Assembly: GCA_964459035.1 (NCBI GenBank)
Contig: CAYWLO010000003.1
Location: 30,520 to 94,519 of the forward strand
Direction of reading: 5' to 3'
DNA: 64,000 bases
Origin: an uncultured Polyangiaceae bacterium
GTDB taxonomy: Bacteria; Myxococcota_A; Polyangia; Polyangiales; Polyangiaceae
Under the pieces are notes generated by a model. It worked only from the letters and a program-made list of their open reading frames with translations, made no database searches and was not told the origin of the DNA. The translations under genes were made by a program, and so were the position numbers. Numbering within the stretch: position 1 is the stretch's first letter; every line of letters begins with the position of its first letter. Shown piece by piece: positions 63,882 to 64,000 of the stretch.

Positions 63882-64000
63882 GTGAGTTCGCCTAAATTCG
63901 ATTCCATCAACGAGGACAGCGATCCTCGAGTCTTGGCACGCTACTCTGGTGCGCTTCATGAGGTTTCCAACGCACTGACAGTTGTGTTGGGTTGGTTAGA
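63882..64000 (+). CDS. 5' end of a probable histidine-kinase-like gene (partial)
   Basis: The ORF opens at GTG and reads VSSPKFDSINEDSDPRVLARYSGALHEVSNALTVVLGWL. HEVSNAL resembles an H-box. Only 39 codons are visible. Confidence 0.3.
   Translation, partial: MSSPKFDSINEDSDPRVLARYSGALHEVSNALTVVLGWL

Overview
This is a 64-kb, moderately GC-rich chromosomal segment, densely coding on both strands with about 47 protein genes. I found no rRNA, tRNA, CRISPR array, transposase, integrase or obvious prophage. The gene content suggests a Myxococcota-like (deltaproteobacterial) genome, which is inference only. That content includes a Hanks Ser/Thr kinase, a sigma-54 enhancer-binding protein, GAF/PAS histidine kinases, a PEGA protein, a type IV pilin behind a sigma-54 promoter, Cys-rich lipoproteins and two giant TPR proteins. 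Clearly recognisable housekeeping genes are acnB, glpA with a glpB-like partner, thrC, rplC, rlmE, a slyD-like PPIase, an HtrA protease, an S41 C-terminal processing protease, an M20 dipeptidase, a yqjG-type glutathionyl-hydroquinone reductase, a ClC channel and a CPA1 antiporter. Six things deserve a second look. (1) A minus-strand operon encodes a YceI-like lipoprotein, a small lipoprotein, DUF692 and DUF2063. It has the architecture of a methanobactin/bufferin-type RiPP cluster, but the candidate precursor has no Cys in its mature part and carries three perfect 10-aa repeats. (2) Two paralogous giant TPR proteins (1903 and 2169 aa) share a non-TPR C-terminal module and bracket that operon and thrC. 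One is embedded between a PEGA protein and a Cys-rich lipoprotein. (3) A 157-bp MITE-like element with long terminal inverted repeats is present as two identical copies, plus a 58-bp derivative that supplies the 3' end of the antiporter gene. (4) An rplC gene lies outside any S10 operon. It sits next to a pseudouridine-synthase/methyltransferase fusion gene and rlmE. (5) A truncated globin is translationally coupled to a CDGSH Fe-S protein. (6) An orphan pilA has a near-consensus sigma-54 promoter and sits downstream of a polytopic sulfatase-superfamily enzyme. All calls come from reading the translations and DNA by eye. No database search was run.
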